NCBI GenBank assembly: GCA_013265495.1
Contig: MU063211.1
Span: forward strand, 124,001 to 188,000
Length of the DNA stretch: 64,000 nt
Direction: 5' to 3'
Origin: Vicugna vicugna
Taxonomy: Eukaryota
The position numbers and the translations under genes were made by a program. This document shows positions 47,665 to 59,994 of the stretch, piece after piece. Below the pieces are notes generated by a model that had not been told where the DNA came from, made no database searches, and worked only from the letters and a program-made list of their open reading frames with translations. The stretch's first letter is position 1; each line of letters begins with the position of its first letter.

Positions 47665-48325
47665 TGCCGGCACTTTGCCGTGAATCACACATCACGTGAA
47701 ACCCAGTGCTCGACCGCGTGGCGCACTCGGCTCAGCAGCCCTGAGCGCCCGCGCGCTGCCCTGCAGACACCGCCTCGTCCGTCTCCAGGGCGTTCTCCTC
47801 TCCCCACACTGACCCTCTGGGCCCAGTAGACGCCCCATCCCCAGCCCTCCCTGGCCCGGCCCCGCTGCCTACTTCCCATCTCAGTGGATTTGCCTCTTCT
47901 GGGTGCATAGCATCACCCTTGTCTTTTCCAGGCTGACCTGTTTCACTCAGCGCCGTGTCCTCTGGGCTCGTCCTCGCTGCGGCCCGTGCCAGGACCTCCT
48001 CCCTTTTACGCTGGGTGGCCCCCAGAGGGTGGGTGCGCCGCGTCTTGCTCATCCCCCTCACCTGAGGGGCATCCGGCTGCTCCCGCCTTCCGCAGCTGTG
48101 ACGGCGCTGCGGTGGACGTGGGTGTGCAAGTGTCCGGCAGGACCCCCGCCCCGTCCTTCGGGGCGCGCGCAGCATGGGGTTGCAGGACGCCCGCAGGTAG
48201 TTTAAGCTTGCGTTCTCCAAGGCAGCCCCGAGCCGTCCCCCGGCAGCTGCGCGGAGGCAGCTGCGCGGGACACGCGGGATCTCATTTCTCCACAGCCTCA
48301 CCAACACTTGTTTGCCGCTTTCTGT
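47665..48325 (-). mobile_element. Old LINE-1 3' end, strongly GC-shifted
   Basis: ctacttcccatctcagtggatttgcctcttctggg...tttcactcagcgccgtgtcctctgggctcgtcc...ttctccacagcctcaccaacacttg. Confidence 0.75.
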
Positions 48326-49519
48326 GGATAATAAGATACCCAGACGTCTGCATCAGCATCTTACACATTATCTCATTGACTCTTTTATTCCCTGAGATGG
48401 GAGAGCAACAACCTCTCATTTTGCAGTAATGCCCGTTTAAGGACGAGGAGGCGCGGGTCAGGGCTGAGCTGTGTGCTGTGCGTCACGCGGCTGGTGAGGA
48501 GCCGGCAGGCCCCAGGTGGTCCAGTGGGGACTCTTCAAGGACACCCTCAGTCCCGACTTGTCAAATGAGCACCTTCGGGAGTGAACGGATGAGTCAGTGA
48601 TGAGTGAATGAGCAGCAGTACGTGTGTGGGACTAAGTGAGTCAGGGCTCACCTTGGGGAGTGGCTGCTGGCTCCTCCTGGGAGGGGCACCCTCAGGTGAC
48701 AGAAGGGGACAGCCAGCTGTGGGGGTCCAGGGAGGACCCGCAGGTGTGGAGCCCTGAAAGGAGGGCTGTGGAGGGAGCAGAAGCTCCATTTTGCAGAAAA
48801 GGGGAGCAAATGCACCTCTGGGGCTGGGACAGCCGGAGCCACGACATGGCCAGGGGCGGAGGCCAGGGGAGCCAGCCCCAGGCGGCGAGGGCAGCTGGCA
48901 TGGTGGGGTCCATGTTTCCCGGAGACCCTCGGCTGACTATTTAGGCCGAGGGAAGAGAAGGCTCTCTGATGGGGAAGGAAGTAAGAGGCAGCCCTTTGAG
49001 CAGTGAGTGAGTTCAATGCCTGACTTGCAAACCACTCTGCCTCCGTTTGCCCGGCGTCCCTGAGCCAGCGACACGGCAGGGCCTGGAGTTAACCAGCCTG
49101 CTGGCCCGCCTGGCCCTGCCCGGGGCCAGTGGACGGAGGGAGACGCCGCTGTGAGTGCAGGTGGGATGTTACCTGTCTCTGGAGTGGGTTGCACCCCGAA
49201 GCTCCGGACACGCCACCGCCGTGTCGAGGGGAGTCTAGCTCTGGGAAGTGCACGGGCCCATGACTTGGGCGCCCAGCCCTCGGCCTGAGGGCCGTCACGG
49301 GGCTCCTCGTCCGGCAGCAGCTGCCAGCGGGGTTCTCGGGGCCCCTCTGTAGCTGGGAGCTCGGGGTATCCGTCTCCCGCTGGAGCCTGGCCCACTGACT
49401 GCGGGGAGAGGATGCGATGAGCAGGGCCGGAGGACCCCCCAGCTGACCCAGCGGGGGGCCCAGGAGGCGAGGACCCGGGGCGGGGCCATCCTGCACCCTC
49501 CCTTCTCCCCAGGGACGCG

Positions 49520-49640
49520 CACACATCCACGCACACATGCGCGCCCAGACACACACATGCATGTGACACACGTGCTTCCCGTGCGCAGCTGTGTCCTGCA
49601 CCACACACTCACACACGCGTGCACCCACAGCACGCACACT
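49520..49640. repeat. Degenerate (CA)n-rich tract
   Basis: gcacacatccacgcacacatgcgcgcccagacacacacatgcatgtgacacacg...cacacactcacacacgcgtgcacc. Confidence 0.7.
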
Positions 49641-52600
49641 CTGGCTGCAGCCCTACCGCCTGTGTGGTCTTCTCACATCGCTCGGGGTGAGGCTCCCATG
49701 CCCTTCGAGCCGGCCAGTCTTTGGAGGCCCTGACCTTGGCTGCGGCCTCGAACAATGACCCCTGTGTCATGTCCCCACATTGGTCCTACTGTGGACCCCA
49801 GGGCCGAGCACTGCTGGGCTCCTGCAGAGCGGGAAGGCCCCGGACTCCGCAGAGGGGACTCTGGCCAGTGGGCAGAGGAGGGGCCTAGCAGCCCCAGGAG
49901 CCCAGCCTGCTCTCAGAATTCTGAGATTCTGACCTAAACATGGACCTCAGGCCCCTCAGCATAAATCTCCAAGATCCCAGCCCAGCCCAGGCCATACGGG
50001 GCAGATGGAGCCTGCCCGAGGCCAGCAGGCCTGGGAAGCCGAGGAGACCGGGGAGGATGGCAACCAGGGCTAGACGCACACGTGCACACGTGGTCTCTGC
50101 AGGGTCGGCGAGCGCCGACTCTGCGCCCAGCACTGTTCCAGGTGCTCCGTGAGCCTTAAGTCACCAAGCAGCCCTGAGTGATGAGGAGCTGACCCTCGGG
50201 GGCATCCTGGCTCGAGGTCAGAGGTTAGGATCTGAGCCCAGCCCTCCTGAGTCAGAGCTGGGGAGAGCGCAGGGCCGGGTTGTCTGCCGGCTGGGGGTGG
50301 GGGGCAGGGAGGGCCGTCCTCCAGGTGGCCAGCTCTCCACGAGGTGGGGACCCATCCAGGGCAGGGGGGCTGGGGAGATGGGGGAGGTGGAGAGAGGCGC
50401 CCGCTCGGGGCCAGGCCAGAAGATGAAAACATGTGAGCAACTGACCAATTCATCCATTCAATACTTGTATTCATTCATTTTAAATTTCAACCAGAAAGAC
50501 TTCCATTATGGAAGTTTTCCAATGTGTCAAGTAGACATGGTTTGCTGTACCTGCGTGTACCTGTGACCCGGTGTGGCAACCGCAGCCACCAACACACGGC
50601 CACTCCCGGGGGCCGGCGCTTCCCACCGCGCTGCATGGGCTGAGGGGGGCCCGCGTGATGCCTGGCTGTCCCTCGTCTACTCTGACACAGCCTCCGGAAG
50701 CTGCTGGCCGCCTGTCCGTCTGCTGCTTCACTGGCTTTGCGCCGGGGCTGCCCTCGCCCCCGCCCCGTGCTCCTGAACTGGAGGGTCCTGACAAGGGGAA
50801 CTTCCCACTGAGCGGCCTCCGAGGGGAGGGACAGAGGGTGCCTGACCACCCCTGGGGTTCTCTGGCTTCCAGAGGGAGGAGGCGGCGCTGAGCCCTCCCA
50901 GCCCCCAGGGGGGCTCTCCGTAGCCTGGGGCTGAGCTTACCGATTTCCACCTTCGTGGTGTGTTTCGGTCCACTACAGCTGCTACTTGTACACACAGACT
51001 GTCCATCGTCGACTTACCGGGAGTGGCTGCAAGCTGTGTCCTCTTGAAAACTCTTTGCTTTAAAAAGAAAAACTTTTTTCCATCTTTTATGAGTCAGTTT
51101 GCAGTTTGTACAAAGCCAGCCTCCGACAGGGACCCCAGGGTCCCAATTCCCATGCGCCCTCCATCTGACCCGTGGACACTGCGTCCCTCCAAACGTCTCT
51201 GCCGCTTGGTCCTCCTTCTCCTGTGGCCTCCGCACCATGTCCTCAAGGGCTGAGCCGATCAACCCAGGCCCTCCAGGAACAGCTCTGTGGCACCGGGGAT
51301 GCGGCCTCTGGGAAACATGCAAGGAGAGGATGCGGCCCGGGCTGGGGCGCCTGGGCCGGCCCCTCTCCACTCCCGTCCAGGCTGAGTGGTTAGAATTACC
51401 TCAGGTCTTACGTGAATGACTTACATGGATATACACAGGCACTTTTATTTTTTTTTTTTACAATTTTGTCCTAGGGTTTGATCATCAGAACAAGAAACGC
51501 TGTCTTCTCAGCTCCACAGGGAGTGTTTTGGGGTGTGACCCGGCCATCTCCGCCCTCCTGCGCGTCTCTGTGGACAGACCACAGGCCTCCCCGAGGGGAC
51601 TGCGGTCAAACCGTAGTGTTTGTCGCTTTCTCAGGAAAGGTCTTAGAGGCCCACCCTCTCCTGGGATCCTGGGGCAGCAGAGGGGACACACGGTGAGTGC
51701 CAGTCGAGCGGAGCCCACAAAGTCATGGAAAGGCCGCAGTCCGGGAATGTCCCACCTGCAGGCTTGAGTTCCCCAGAGACATCCCAGAGCTGCTGTCGGA
51801 AGGTTCCAGAAAGGCCCTTGCGTTTTGCTGTCGCTCCTGCTCCGCCTCCCCGGGGAGCAGCCAGAGAGGCACCCGGGAATCCAGGACACACGGAGGGGGG
51901 GGCGGGTGTCTCAGGGTCCCGGGGCGGCGGAGGGGGGCTCTGGACATGCCCACGCCTGCCGCGCCCTGGGTCACTGGACGACGTGCGGGGGCCGCTGGCC
52001 GCGGCTGGCCCAGCCCGCAGCGCGCGCTCAGCTCGGGCAAAATCACCCTGGCGGGGTCCCAGCCCCCGGCCCCGCGGCCTTCACCTTCCCGCCAGCTCTC
52101 CTGGTCGCCCAGAGCCCGGGTCTCCCGACTGCTTCCTCCAGCAGGACTGAAAGCGTGCAGGGCGAGGAGACGCCCCGGAAGGCCCCGCCTCCACGGAGGC
52201 GAGGGGCCTGAGACGGAAGCAGAGCGCGCAGCTCATGGGGGGTCCAGCGAGCCCCGAGAGGGGGGAATGCCGTCGAGTTCCCGGGGCCGCCCCGTGCGCT
52301 TTGGGCCTGGAGTCCTCTCCTTGGGGAGCCAGTTCTGAAGGTACCTGGACCCCAGGCTGAGCCTGAATTTAGAAAGACGAGATGGTATCTCTGCCCAGCC
52401 CACTGCCCTCTCCTTTGATTGCATTTCCATTGAAATCCAGTGGAAACAAGGCCGGCAGCTCACCAGGCTAGGCCAGGTCCCAGGGTCCGGGGTGGGCTTC
52501 GCCGCGTACGTGCCTGTCTAACAATCACCCGGGCTTCACTCGATGCCTGTTCTGTGGTGGAGGCATGCGGGAGCCACGCTCACTGGCTCGTGAGCGGGAA

Positions 52601-54257
52601 AGGCGTGTGCACACCATGCGGGCTGAGCATCCCTTTCTTTAAAGATGGAAAGTGTTGGAAGTTACTTCCTTTCCTTTGTAGCACAGGATTTCATCTTAAG
52701 GGTATAAAAAAATTGTCGAAAAGGGAACGAGCCATACATATACATCTTAAACTCTGCAGCCTCAGCCAGCAAACAAGACTGCAAAAGAGGACAGAGCAAA
52801 AAATACTTTCACTGCACAAAACTGGAAAAGTCGACATTAATTATTCATAACGAATTCCTTCAAGAGAAACCCGCCTGCACCTGCAGACCCTTTCTCCCAG
52901 CCCGGGTACCACAAGTTGAAAGAGCTTATTTACAGTCTGTACCCCGACGTGAGGCAGAGACGGAAGCCCGTGGCTGGTGCTGCTGGCTGCTGGGCCCCAC
53001 CTCTTCCCAGCCGCCAGGCTCCAGGCCAGCTCTCCTAGGCTGAGCTGGCCCTGCCCAGCGCGCAGGAGAATCGCACTGACCGCCTCTCCCTGTGGGCAAG
53101 CGTCTCTCTCCCAGGCAACTTCCCTGACGCACGCACTCTGCTTCCTTCTCAAGGTCGAGGCGGCCCATCGGTGAGGGGCGGGGGCCAACGTGCTTCACAG
53201 AGAGGGCTTATAAAGAAAGGGCAGCGGCACGTTAAAATGTTCCTTTTCTCTGTGGGACTCAAGGCAGTGCGACGGGTTCAGAGGAGGGCGGAGGGGGCGG
53301 GAGGGGCGTGCTGCTCACGAAGGCGTGGAGAGAGGGGCCCCGTGGCCTCTGGGCAGAAACCCAGTGTCCTGACACACCCCTTGCTTTGGCCTGATAAAGA
53401 CGCCCCAGGGTCACCCTGTTTAGTTCTCAACCCCAAACTGGACCAGCGCTTCCTCCCAAGACCCCTGGATCCTCTTAGTGGGAAAACGCTGCGCCACGAT
53501 CGCAATGTGGGTGCGAGGGGCGGTCAGTGCTTCTAGGCCTTTTCTCACACACACGTTCAGGAGAAGACACATCCCAATTCAGTGCTTTTTCCAAGTCAAA
53601 CGTCGGATTCCTGGCTTTTAATACAATTTATTCCACCAGGTGACTGTGTTTCTTTCCTCTTGCCTCCAGCGTCTTAACCCTGCTTGCTGGGCCCCCGGGG
53701 AGTGTGTGCGCCCCGGACGCGCACACACGGTATGTTCAGCGTAACAGCATCCCTGCTCTCGCTGACAACAAAGGTGCCGGGAATAGTTCGGTGGCTTCGC
53801 CTCTTCTCAGCGGGAGGATGCACAGGGCAGAGCTCGCTCGGTGCTCACTGTGTTTGAAGGCTCCTGAAATAGCTCGCAAGGCGGCACACGCAGAGGCGGC
53901 CGGAGCCCCTCCCTGTCCCCGCCCACCAGAGACCACGACCTCACCGGGGGTTTAATTTTCCCTGCCACGTTTCACAGCGTAATGGAGGAACAGTGTGTGT
54001 CTTTGCACGGATTACCCGAAGTCACAGCCCCTTTCTTCAGTTACCTGTGGCCTCCGCACACTTTCGCTTCCGACGTGCCCCGCGGTCCTGTGGGCCAGGA
54101 TGGAGGATGACGCTGTTGTCTTCGCAGCTGCGCAGAACCGCCGGGGCCGCTCTGCACCTCACCCCCCGTCCCTCGCCGGCAGTCTGGGGTCTGCAGCCCG
54201 CCGTGCTGCTGCCAGCGGACTTCGGCTACAGGCCGCCGGGTTATGTTATTTTGCGTT

Positions 54258-54686
54258 CTGTGTTAATTTCCCGGGGCAGCCGGAAAACGGGACCGCAAAC
54301 TGGGCAGCTCGAGACAACAGAAACGTCTTCTCTTTCGGTTCTGGAGGACAGAAGTACAAAACCAAGGGTCAGCAGAGCCCCGCTCCCTCTGAAACCCGTG
54401 GGGGAGACTTTGCCTTTGCTTCTGGTGTTGCCAGAGAACGTGGCGCTCCTGGGCTAGGCCGCGCACCGCTCCCATCCCCACCTCCACTGTCACGCAGCAT
54501 CTTCCCCCTGGGCGCTCTCCCCTCTTCTTACCGGGACCCCAGTCCTGTGGGATTGCGCCGCCCTGATGGTCTCGTCTTGACCTGACCACACCCGCAAAGG
54601 CCTCTCCCCAAACAGGGCCACAGCCACAGGTACCAGGAGTTGGGGCGGCAGCATATCTTTGGGGGGACACAGTTCAACCCCAAACA
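54258..54686 (-). mobile_element. MaLR LTR (MLT1C-like), apparently nested in an L1 relic
   Basis: gtgttaatttcccggggcagcc...acaacagaaacgtcttctctttcggttctggagg...tttggggggacacagttcaacccca. L1-antisense-like sequence lies on both sides (about 54040-54250 and 54690-54880). Confidence 0.85.
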
Positions 54687-54889
54687 CATTCCTGCAACAA
54701 ACGACGAGCGCGCCGGTTCCTCCCAGTCTCACCGCAGAGCAGGCGTCACACACCCAGAATTTTTCAGTCTGGCCACTGAGAGATGGCGTCTCCGTGTCGT
54801 TTCAATTTGCGCCTCTAATGTGATGAATATGGTTGGGCATCTCCTGATCTGTTTAAGGGACAGCTCCCTTTCACTTTTCTTTGAGCAAC

Positions 54890-55030
54890 AAAAAGATTTT
54901 ATTAAGTGCTCACCACGAGCCGGGACTGCTGTTCCCCAGGCATCTAACCGTGAGCAAGACTGACCCGAACTCCTGTCTTCAATAAGCTTGCTTTCGCCTG
55001 GGGAGGAAAGATGATAAATAAATTACACAC
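54890..55030 (-). mobile_element. L2 3' end
   Basis: gattttattaagtgctcaccacgagccgggactgctg...gtgagcaagactgacccg resembles the antisense L2 end. Confidence 0.55.
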
Positions 55031-55031
55031 A

Positions 55032-55420
55032 CGGTATGCCAGGTCCCTGTTGCGGCTGTAACGAGCGCCACCCAGCCCGTGGCCTCTATCAGCCCGAGTT
55101 TATCCTCTCACAGTCCTGGGCGTCAGGAGTCTGCCGTCCATCTCATGGGCTGAAGTCCAGGTGTGGGCAGGGCTGGTGCTTGCGGTGGCTCCCAGGAGGT
55201 TTACTCTTGCCTTTTCAGAATCTGGTGGCCCCTCCGTCTCCAAAGCCCATCCTTCCAGACTCTGTCACTTGGTCACATCAGCCGACTCGTCTTAGGAGGA
55301 CCGTTGTGGTTGCAGCAGGACAGTCTCCCACCTCGAGACCCGCAACCACATCCGCAGAGCCCCTGGGCCATAGAAGGCGGCGGTCACCGGCCCCAGGACT
55401 AGGACGCGGGTGGACTGGGG
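55032..55420 (-). mobile_element. MaLR LTR (MLT1D/E-like)
   Basis: ttgcggctgtaacgagcgccaccc...tttatcctctcacagtcctgggcgtcaggagtc...ggctgaagtccaggtgtgggcagggctgg. Confidence 0.7.
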
Positions 55421-56712
55421 CCCGTTTTCCTGCCCGACGCCCCAGATTGTCACAGGTGTTCTGGACACGAGGCATCGGAGGCGGAGGAGGTCGTTGCCGT
55501 TAACTGAGCTTCGCTGATGAGGTGAGTTTGCTTTGAGCACAGGTGTGGGGGGCGGGCAGTGCTGGGGAAGGGTGTTCTGGGCGGAGGGAGTGCAGGGCTG
55601 GGGACGGGGCTGCACAGCACACCTGAGGATGGGAAAGAGGCAGAGTGGGGGGAAGAGGGGGCCGCGTCAGCCACAGCAGGGATCTGGCTTTTTCCCTCAG
55701 CGACACAGCTGGGCAGACAGGGGCCAGTAAGATACGGGCTTTTAGTGACCTCTCTGACGGCTGCATCGGGACTGGAGGGCACAGGGCCAGGCAGCGGGAG
55801 CACCTGGGAGGCCCCCAACGGTTCTCGAAGGAGGAGGCTCATGGGACGGGCTACCTCGCTTGTGGGGTCCAGGGCAGAGTGAACGCAGGGAGGGCCCCTC
55901 AAAACCCATGCAGACCCTCCAAACTCCAGCAGCAGAGCAGCAGGCAGAGCGCAGGGCCCCTGGCGCTGCGAGCCGGGTGCCACGAAGCCGTGGACCACGG
56001 GTGGAGCCCCGGGATCTGCTCGCAGGTCGGATGTAGGAAGAGAAGCATCGGGAACAAGGCCACCATCTGGGCCTGAACAGCTGAGGGTCCAAGAAGGGCT
56101 GCCAGGACAGCTGGGGCAGGAGGGGAGCTGGGCCGAGGTGCCGGGAGGAGAGCGCAAGAGTGCTCACGACCCACAGCCTGCAGACAAGGCGGGGCCCCGG
56201 GGAGAGACACTCAAAACACTCAGAACGGGAGGGAAGGACAGGACGTGCCCCTCTCCCAGGGAGAAAGAGACAGAGAAAAGTAACGGCCTCCGAGCCCAGG
56301 AAGGCAGTGCTTCCAGAAGCCACCAGCCATCAGCAGCTCCATACGCAGGAAGACCAAGTGACATGACAATAGGGACGGACAGGTGCCCAGGAAAAGGACA
56401 AGAAAGCCCGCTGACCTCAAAATGCAAGATGCCCGCCTTCCTACAGCAGCTCCGCCGACCATGGTCAGGGCCCACGCAGATCGCCGGCTGTTTAAAGAGT
56501 AACCACTCTGTGTTGCAGCAAATGGGGACGGAAGGCCCTGCACCTGCTAAGAGAATTGAGCTGTTTGATCAATAACCTTCCTCTGTGACAAAACACAGTG
56601 TATTACACGACCCACCGTCGCTCCCTGAACGCGGCCTTGGAAACCGGGTCCTGGGGGGATGCTCATCTGAAAGCCGGTCAGGCAGCACTGTCGGCACCAG
56701 GGAGACTTGGCC

Positions 56713-56810
56713 ACCTGCACCCACACCCCCAACTGCACCCCACCCCACCTCCATCCCCACCTGCACCCCAGCTGCACCCCACTCCACCTCCACCCCTAAC
56801 CCCAGCCTTA
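56713..56810. repeat. C-rich degenerate minisatellite (ctgcacccca-like)
   Basis: acctgcacccacacccccaactgcaccccaccccacctccatccccacctgcaccccagctgcaccccactccacc. Confidence 0.7.
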
Positions 56811-58543
56811 GTAGCCCTGCCGTCGCCCTCACCTCCATCCCATCTCAGCTCAGCTCAGGCTTGGGAGGATGTGTGGGGGATTTCATGCTAGCTCCATTCT
56901 CATTTCCAGGAATAATGTCCATAGTGCTGTGCAGAAACTTCTCCTCCAGAACTTGTCCATAACAGACTGGCTGGAAAAGAATCTTCACGGGACGTGGTGG
57001 TCTGCGGTGGTCATTGCCCAGCCTGACCGCAGGCCCCCACGCCACCCCACCATCCACGCCTCTATTACTGGTTTATAGGCAAGGGTGAGAAACCTGAGTG
57101 AGAGCCCTCTGTGACCAGTGGGCAGGAAGCCCTCCCCAGGGCGCAGCAGCCATGCCGCTGGTGGCGTGGCCAGCCATGGTCTGCCTGAGGGGGCGGTGGT
57201 CGGCAGGCCCCAGGCCAAGTCCTTGCAGAGGAAGGCAGCCCCCCCCCACTCATTCCAAGAAGGGAGGGTCAGGGGTCAGGTTCCAGGCGTGGAGGTTGCC
57301 CCTTATCTTGTGGACACCACGAACAATGCAGGGTTCTGATGGGAAGAGCGAGACGTGAACTGGTGTGGGGGACCACTTTCAGGGCTACACAGAGTGATGG
57401 GGTGGATTCATGCAGGTGCAACTGGGGGTGGGGCAGAAGGGACCACAGTGCGCTGTGGTGGTTCACCACAAGTGACCGTGACGGGGGCCACGCCCCGGTC
57501 TCGGTCACGGGATGTCACGGGGATGTCATGGGGACGGGCAGGCTGGGAGGCGGGAGGACATGCCTGCTTCTGTCATTGCCTGCGCTTTTGTGGAAAATCA
57601 GAAATAAACTTAATGAACTCAGTGAGTGACCTAAGGAGTTTCCAGGTAGAATATTCAAGGCACCACCTGGCTGCTTCTGGGAGCCCGGGACAAAACGCCG
57701 GAGGAGAGAGAGAAGTTAAAGTTTGCCCCTGTAGCTGCAGGGGACCAGGACCAGCCACCTTTGAAAACAAAGCGGCTCCTCCTTCCTTGGTCCTCCAGCT
57801 GGAAAACGATTCTAAAAGTAAGGAGTGGCTTCCAAGGTTTCATTTCCAGGAGAGATAAGCTCCTAACAAACTAATCCTCTTGCGAGAAAACAGCTATAAA
57901 CGCTGGACAAAGTGCAAAACAACTGTTAGCTGCAGGCTCTGGGCAGTGGACATAAAGGCAGGTGTGGGATGGAAATGAGAACGTGGAGGCTGGGGTGGGT
58001 GGAGTGAATCTCAGGTTTCTGCAGCTGTGACCACAAGGCAGCCGTGGTCACAAGGGCAGTGCCAGGCAGGTGGCACCCCAGTGGGAAAACCTGCTGTCCT
58101 TCTGGAGGGAAGGAGCCCAGGAGGGAGCCCAGGTGAGCAGGGCTGCTGGGCGGTGAGAGGAGCCCAGAAAAGGAGAGAGCCAAGAAAGGAAGCCTGCATT
58201 CCATACAAAAGCTCCGCCTGGGCTTCCGGCTGGACCCTCAAGCACGTGCAAGGAGCAGGTGAACTGGGGCTTGGGCTCAGTCATCCACAGGTGTGACAGA
58301 GATCATAGTGTGGGTCTAACCAAGCAAACTGCCTTAGAAAGACCAACACTTTGGAGCCATTCGGCAGAACCCAAAGTCTCAGAACGAAGCAATAATACTT
58401 TCCAAATGTATTCAACAAGTGAAGAGTCAGGAAAATATGACACATTCACAAGGGGAAGGACCCAGAGATGGACCCGATGTGGACTTGGTGGACAAGGAGA
58501 GCCGTTTTAAACTACGTCAGCAAAGGAAGGAAAATGCCCTCAC

Positions 58544-59711
58544 AATGGACGGAGAGAGAGAACACCAAGCAGAGAAACAGAAAATGTAAAGATATCCAAA
58601 TGGAGAATTTAGAACTGAAAAACAAAACGTCTTAAGTTCTGAAATCTACCGGATGGGCTTACTTAGCAGGTTACAGATGACAGACGAAGGAATCCGTGAA
58701 CTTGAAGAGGGAATGGTAGAAATCGCCTGACGTGAAGAAGGGGAGAAACTGCTAAGAGAAGGACTAGCGTCTTGGAGAACATCCTTGAAGAAAACCCTCT
58801 CAACCAAGACGTCTGCGGCCAATTACAGTAGCTTCAACAATGAAGAATAAAGACATTTTCCGTTACAGGGCGACAGAGAACACCCTTCTCCAGGAGCCTG
58901 CAGTACCGGGAATGCTAGAGGGTCTTCCTCGGCAGAAGGCAGCGATGTCAGGTGGAAACGTGGCCCTTCAGAAATGAACGCATTACATCAGAAGTGGCAA
59001 GTACCTAGGTCGACAGAAAGTGACGACTTTCCCCTTAATTTCTTTAAAACCTGTATGACTATTAGCTGACCAAGATGGCAGAGTGGGGACCCACAGCTCG
59101 CCCTCTCCCACAAATGCACCAAGAATTAATGGACGGAGAGAGAGAACACCAAGCAGAGAAACAGAAAATGTAAAGATATCCAAATGGAGAATTTAGAACT
59201 GAAAAACAAAACGTCTTAAGTTCTGAAATCTACCGGATGGGCTTACTTAGCAGGTTACAGATGACAGACGAAGGAATCCGTGAACTTGAAGAGGGAATGG
59301 TAGAAATCGCCTGACGTGAAGAAGGGGAGAAACTGCTAAGAGAAGGACTAGCGTCTTGGAGAACATCCTTGAAGAAAACCCTCTCAACCAAGACGTCTGC
59401 GGCCAATTACAGTAGCTTCAACAATGAAGAATAAAGACATTTTCCGTTACAGGGTGACAGAGAACACCCTTCTCCAGGAGCCTGCAGTGCCGGGAATGCT
59501 AGAGGGTCTTCCTCGGCAGAAGGCAGCGATGTCAGGTGGAAACGTGGCCCTTCAGAAATGAACGCATTACATCAGAAGTGGCAAGTACCTAGGTCGACAG
59601 AAAGTGACGACTTTCCCCTTAATTTCTTTAAAACCTGTATGACTATTAGCTGACCAAGATGGCAGAGTGGGGACCCACAGCTCGCCCTCTCCCACAAATG
59701 CACCAAGAATT
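58544..59711. repeat. Head-to-tail tandem duplication, 2 x 584 bp
   Basis: 58544-59127 versus 59128-59711. The differences I found are C58871/T59455 and A58905/G59489. Confidence 0.97.
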
Positions 59712-59994
59712 ACATCTACAGATCCACTGAATCGTGCAGAATACCTGCTGAGCTCTGGCAGAGTGTTTCTCACTTCATAATACAGGAGGATTCTCACAAA
59801 ACCTGATAAACAACAAGTTTATGCTGTAGAGCACACGGAGCTGTATTCAATATCTTGCAGTAACTTATGGTGGAAAAGAATACAACAATAAATATATGTG
59901 TGTTCATGTCCGACCAAAGCATCATGCTGTACACCGAAACTGACCCAAGATTGTGAACTGACCATACTTCAATAAAACATATATATACAAAAAA
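59649..59994 (+). mobile_element. ~346-bp L1-derived element (5' UTR start joined to 3' tail) with TSD
   Basis: Starts gctgaccaagatggcagagt (L1 5'-end-like) and ends tcaataaaacatatatatacaaaaaaa. Flanked by actatta at 59642-59648 and 59995-60001. Confidence 0.7.

Noticed and set aside
56793-56803. Telomere-like ccctaaccc
   Set aside because: A single hexamer within a C-rich tract, not an interstitial telomeric array.
56869-57078. Protein-like frames on both strands with plausible acceptors
   Set aside because: No homology recognised, both strands are equally plausible, and no partner exons were found.
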